Assembly: GCA_018992685.1 (NCBI GenBank)
Contig: JACVGT010000002.1
Location: 1-64,000 of the forward strand
Origin: Theionarchaea archaeon
Lineage (GTDB): Archaea > Methanobacteriota_B > Thermococci > Methanofastidiosales > SZ-28-30
DNA length: 64,000 nucleotides
Reading direction: 5' to 3'
The notes beneath the pieces were generated by a model. The model was not told the DNA's origin and ran no database searches. It saw only the letters and a list, made by a program, of their open reading frames with translations. The translations under genes were made by a program, and so were the position numbers. Shown piece by piece: positions 60,092 through 64,000 of this stretch; the first letter of the stretch is position 1; every line of letters begins with the position of its first letter.

Positions 60092-62530
60092 ATGATACAT
60101 TGTCCAGTATGCGGAGCAGAGAATCCTGTAGATTCTTTCTTCTGCGGAAGATGTGGAGAAAAGATAATTATTGAAAAGAGATCTCTGATTGACTGGCCAG
60201 ATTTTGAGAAGGCAGTTATTGACCGTTTGAAGAGAAACATTGGAAAAGAAGAAGATGATAATCAGAATAGAGCTATTGGAGCTCCTATCAACAGCTCTCT
60301 CTTCGTGGTTGCAGGTCCAGGGAGTGGCAAGACCACGGTTGTCGCTCTCAGAATACTGAAGTTGATATTTGTGGACGGTATAGATCCATCTTGTATCATC
60401 GCGACGACTTTTACACGCAAAGCAGCAGCTGAACTCCGATCTCGAATTCTTGGATGGGGAGATCAACTCAAACAATGGTTCATTACTGGCTCCATCTCTG
60501 AGTCTGATAGAGAATGGCTGAAAAAGCTTGATTTGAATCGGATTATTACAGGAACTCTTGATGAAATTGCAGAAACAATTTTAGGGGAAAACCGTTTCCC
60601 CGGAGACACTCCCCCTATTATAATCGAAAATTTCGTGTCAAAAGTACTGATGTTAAAATGTGGTCTTCTTCAGACCAATCTGCATTCTGATATGAACCTG
60701 GAAAACTTCATTATCTTTCTGAGAGATAGTAAATGGGAACTCACTATTTCGGAGAAGTGTTCCATTTTGCTCGAGTTGAAAGACAGATTTCTTCATGACC
60801 GTGTAGACGTTAGAGAATATCGTTCAGACTCCAGACACGCGGGAGCCAGACTAGCGTGTGAGGCAATAGGGGCATATATAGTTGAACTGAAGAAGAAAGA
60901 TCTCTTTGATTTCGCATTATTGGAATTACGATTATTCAATGATCTTAAAAATGGATTGTTAAATGAATTCCTTGGCAGTATCAGGTTTCTTCTAGTTGAT
61001 GAATACCAGGATACGAATTTGCTCCAGGAAGGAATTTATTTTGAAATTGCCAACGTGGTCACGAGAAATGATGGGAGCATTACTGTTGTTGGAGACGACG
61101 ACCAGTCTCTGTACCGATTTAGAGGGGCAACAGTTGACCTTTTCAAGACATTTCAGGAGAGAGTGAGTGAACAGCTGGGTCTGAACCCGTCTCAGATATT
61201 TCTTTCCAACAACTATAGATCGACGTCGACTATTGTTAATTTTTGTAATGATTTCATCAGACTTGATCAAAATTATCAGAAGACAAGAGTCAAAGAGAAG
61301 CCTTCTGTAAGACCAGCTCGTGCTAGGAGAAATCCAGAGTTCCCAGTCATCGGAATGTTCAGGCCTAATGTTGATCAGCTTGCACAGGATATTGCCACGT
61401 TTGTCCACGAAGTCATCCGTGGGAAGGGCTTCCGTATCAGGGATAATCAGAACGACATGACCTACACTATAAGAGTTGACGCTGACAGAGGAGGTCCTGC
61501 AGATGTTGCCCTTCTCTTTCATTCTCCTCGTGAATATAGTTATGAAAGAAGGAGACTCCCCTTGCTTTTGCGAGAAGAATTCAGCAAGTTCTTGCCACCA
61601 CTCCTGGTTTTCAATCCTCGAGGTCAGAATTTCGAGGAAATTCCTACTGTCAAAATACTCTGTGGCTTGTTACTGGAATGCATAGACCCAGGTAGTCGCG
61701 TCCAAAATGCGCTTAACCTCTCCTCTGCAGCACATGAGGTCATGGAAAAGTGGAGGGAGACTGCAAGGAGGTATGTTGAAACAAATCATGTATCCTCATC
61801 AATGGGCAGCCTTCGTTCCTTCATAGATACCTGGCAGAAAAGATCAACCCCAGGAATGAAGCGAAAAGTCAACATGAACGTGTCTCTGATAGCATTGGTG
61901 TACAAACTTATTACGTGGATACCACCCATGCAGGATGACATAGAGAATCTGGTCTATCTGGAAGCCATCGTAAGAACGATCAATCAACTGAACCCTTCTG
62001 GTAGATATGGGGGGCACATTGTGCTCAACAGTGAGAAGCTCTGGTTGCAGCAGGATTCCATAGAAGAAGCGATATACAGTATATTTTTCCCCATGGCATC
62101 TGGAGCAGTGGAGGTCAACGAGGATCTTTTTGAAACTCTTCCCAGGGACAGAGTCAACTGCATGTCCATTCATCAATCCAAGGGCCTGGAATTCCCTCTT
62201 GTTATCGTGGATGTGGGTTCTGAATTTCTAGGAGATAATGAAATGCAGGCATTCAAGAGATTCCCAAGACGAGGTGGAAGGACAAGTAGAATCGAAGATG
62301 AGACCAGAGACTATTCTGATCTGAGATTTTTCACAAGAACAGGCTTAGATAGGGAATTTGACGATTTGATTAGATTATATTTTGAAGCCTATAGTAGAGC
62401 CAAAGACTGCCTGATGCTCGTAGGCCTGGAAAGCGTCAAGTCTGGTCGAGTACCACATGTCGCCACCGGATGGGATCGAAACAGAACCTGGTTCTGGAGG
62501 CATACACTTGGAAATGTGCTCTATATCTAG
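60092..62530 (+). CDS. UvrD/PcrA-like SF1 helicase with N-terminal zinc ribbon
   Basis: CPVC...CGRC; AGPGSGKT, TFTRKAA, VDEYQD, VGDDDQSLYRFRGA, NYRS, SIHQSKGLEF, SRAK. Confidence 0.93.
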   Translation: MIHCPVCGAENPVDSFFCGRCGEKIIIEKRSLIDWPDFEKAVIDRLKRNIGKEEDDNQNRAIGAPINSSLFVVAGPGSGKTTVVALRILKLIFVDGIDPSCIIATTFTRKAAAELRSRILGWGDQLKQWFITGSISESDREWLKKLDLNRIITGTLDEIAETILGENRFPGDTPPIIIENFVSKVLMLKCGLLQTNLHSDMNLENFIIFLRDSKWELTISEKCSILLELKDRFLHDRVDVREYRSDSRHAGARLACEAIGAYIVELKKKDLFDFALLELRLFNDLKNGLLNEFLGSIRFLLVDEYQDTNLLQEGIYFEIANVVTRNDGSITVVGDDDQSLYRFRGATVDLFKTFQERVSEQLGLNPSQIFLSNNYRSTSTIVNFCNDFIRLDQNYQKTRVKEKPSVRPARARRNPEFPVIGMFRPNVDQLAQDIATFVHEVIRGKGFRIRDNQNDMTYTIRVDADRGGPADVALLFHSPREYSYERRRLPLLLREEFSKFLPPLLVFNPRGQNFEEIPTVKILCGLLLECIDPGSRVQNALNLSSAAHEVMEKWRETARRYVETNHVSSSMGSLRSFIDTWQKRSTPGMKRKVNMNVSLIALVYKLITWIPPMQDDIENLVYLEAIVRTINQLNPSGRYGGHIVLNSEKLWLQQDSIEEAIYSIFFPMASGAVEVNEDLFETLPRDRVNCMSIHQSKGLEFPLVIVDVGSEFLGDNEMQAFKRFPRRGGRTSRIEDETRDYSDLRFFTRTGLDREFDDLIRLYFEAYSRAKDCLMLVGLESVKSGRVPHVATGWDRNRTWFWRHTLGNVLYI

Positions 62531-62533
62531 GAT

Positions 62534-63733
62534 GTGAGAGGAATGACATTATCACCACAAGTCCCGCCGTACAAGATACCTGAATACAGCCTGACAGGAG
62601 ATTTACTGGCATACTTGAATTGTGGACTTCAATACAGGTACCATAATAGAGGATGTCTGCCGCCTTCAAGGCCAATTCAGTTGTGGTTTGGTGAGTTCAT
62701 TCATTCAGTCATGGAGGAAGCTTTCCTCCAATGGAAGCAAGATGCTCAGAAGAAGATATTTCCATGGATGTGGAATCCTGATATCCGCAACATTGAGCAA
62801 GAGATAGGCAAAAGACTGAGAGCACGAGGACTGATTCCACCTGCGAGAATCTTCTGCCCGTATGACTCATCATACCGGAGACAGGGATGGTGTCCAGATG
62901 GAAAGCACCCTCATAAACTGATTGCAAGCCGGAGAGCTGAAGAAGCGATTAACACATGGGGGGTACATCTCTTTCCCTTAATTGACAGTGCTGAGGTCCG
63001 GCTGAAAGGTATTCGTGATATGCCTGGTTCTACGGGGGAAAGGAGGTGTGATTACTATGAGATAACAGGGATCATTGATGTGATAAGCTCTGTCAATCTT
63101 CGTAATTCACTGTCTGGAAACCTGATATTGCACTACATGCAGAGAAACCCCGCTGTGAAGAAGTACATTGACAGTCTGAAGGGGCCTGAGTATGAGATTA
63201 TCGTTGACTACAAAGGAATGGGGAGACCCTCTTTAGGAGACCCGAGAAGAACCTGGACGTATCATGAATGGCAAATACTCACGTATGCCTGGCTTCGCAG
63301 TCAGCAGCCCGATGCCAGGCCTGTAGCTGCGGGGATCATTTTCTATCTCAATGAATTGGCGCCGGTGAGGCGAGACATCAGAGAGCTGCGCGAGAGTGTA
63401 GAAAGAGGTTCAACAGATGTCGTACCTCAAGGACAGGATTTAGACGTCGTCCAGAGTCTGGGAAGGAACGTACCCTTCCCATTTCTCTCGAGAGAATTCA
63501 GGGAAGAAAGGTCTATAAGGATTATTCCAATGAGTGAAGAGAGAGTCCAAGCCTCTCTACATGAATTTGATACTGTGGTGAAAAACATCGAATCTTGCGT
63601 GCACCTGGAGGTTTCTGGAAATGGCATTAGGTCGTCATGGCCTGCACAACCACTTGAACGTATGTGCACGCTCTGCGATTTCAGGACATTCTGCCCACAT
63701 CCGGACGTCTCTGAGTATGGAGAAAGCAGATGA
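62534..63733 (+). CDS. PD-(D/E)XK nuclease, RecB/AddB/Cas4-like with Fe-S-type cysteines
   Basis: N-terminal C (YLNCGLQY), GIID...VDYK, QILTYAW, C-terminal CTLCDFRTFCP. Confidence 0.88.
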   Translation: MRGMTLSPQVPPYKIPEYSLTGDLLAYLNCGLQYRYHNRGCLPPSRPIQLWFGEFIHSVMEEAFLQWKQDAQKKIFPWMWNPDIRNIEQEIGKRLRARGLIPPARIFCPYDSSYRRQGWCPDGKHPHKLIASRRAEEAINTWGVHLFPLIDSAEVRLKGIRDMPGSTGERRCDYYEITGIIDVISSVNLRNSLSGNLILHYMQRNPAVKKYIDSLKGPEYEIIVDYKGMGRPSLGDPRRTWTYHEWQILTYAWLRSQQPDARPVAAGIIFYLNELAPVRRDIRELRESVERGSTDVVPQGQDLDVVQSLGRNVPFPFLSREFREERSIRIIPMSEERVQASLHEFDTVVKNIESCVHLEVSGNGIRSSWPAQPLERMCTLCDFRTFCPHPDVSEYGESR

Positions 63734-63737
63734 TACT

Positions 63738-64000
63738 ATGGAAATGAAGTTCTATTTGCCAGATTGGGAAGACCGGCTGGATCCAGATTTTGATTTCGCC
63801 AATGACGAATATTCGGAAGGGCACAAAGAGAACCCCTATACATATGATATGTATGCGCATCAGCTCTTTGATACACCTCTCTGTGATGGAATTCTCGTCA
63901 GTCTGAGTATTTTCAGATCGAAAATCTCTTTGAATAAGGAAGAGACAAGCTATAGTATACGAGATTGCAGGAACATAAAGGATTTCCTCAGAATCCCGGG
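63738..64000 (+). CDS. dpdA: DpdA-like DNA-guanine transglycosylase (7-deazaguanine DNA modification), 3'-truncated by the window edge
   Basis: Not in the ORF track. Manual translation MEMKFYLPDWEDRLDPDFDF...DMYAHQLF...DGILVS...FLRIP matches the DpdA N-terminal pattern KxFxPDxxDxxDPxFDF...DxYxHE...DGxLVS...FxRxP as I recall it. Confidence 0.75.
   Translation, partial: MEMKFYLPDWEDRLDPDFDFANDEYSEGHKENPYTYDMYAHQLFDTPLCDGILVSLSIFRSKISLNKEETSYSIRDCRNIKDFLRIP

Noticed and set aside
62534-63733. Cas4 / CRISPR adaptation gene
   Set aside because: No cas1, cas2 or repeat array in the window; size and UvrD linkage fit a RecB/AddB-like nuclease.
1-64000. rRNA, tRNA, CRISPR arrays, integrases
   Set aside because: None recognised by eye; short or intron-containing RNAs cannot be excluded without tRNAscan-SE or Infernal.

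Overview
Archaeal chromosomal segment. Evidence for this: BRE+TATA boxes about 20-25 nt ahead of many start codons, GGAGGTGA ribosome-binding sites, T-tract terminators, an archaeal lipobox and a DGGGP-synthase-like UbiA. The style suggests an uncultured Thermococci-related lineage such as Theionarchaea, but that is inference only. It holds about 45 CDS; I found no rRNA, tRNA, CRISPR array or transposase. Ordinary content: FGGY kinase, TldD/TldE, long Lhr, feoA-feoB-dtxR with a DtxR-type operator, TctA, cdd, hutI, nitroreductase, GNATs and a TolB-like protein. Best candidates for undescribed systems: (1) 15.9-23.6 kb: three secreted proteases with the same C-terminal G[ST]CLGT + transmembrane + basic tail, flanking a coupled UbiA prenyltransferase + CPBP(CaaX-type)/DUF2085 pair, i.e. 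a putative Cys-directed sorting/lipid-anchoring system; (2) 38.1-40.9 kb: an 82-aa peptide with two QGPCGGCD cores, a hairpin/T-tract, a radical SAM-SPASM enzyme and an upstream FemAB-like GNAT, i.e. a putative archaeal RiPP cluster; (3) right edge: UvrD + PD-(D/E)XK nuclease + a dpdA-like gene missed by the ORF track; (4) a transporter-led operon with two LysA paralogues, DapF, a racemase-family enzyme and a peptidase; (5) a CHAT-STAND-TPR protein; (6) an orphan beta-propeller::DppB permease fusion. All family calls come from motif recognition by eye; no database search was run. Several start codons were moved from the ORF track using RBS, promoter or overlap evidence.
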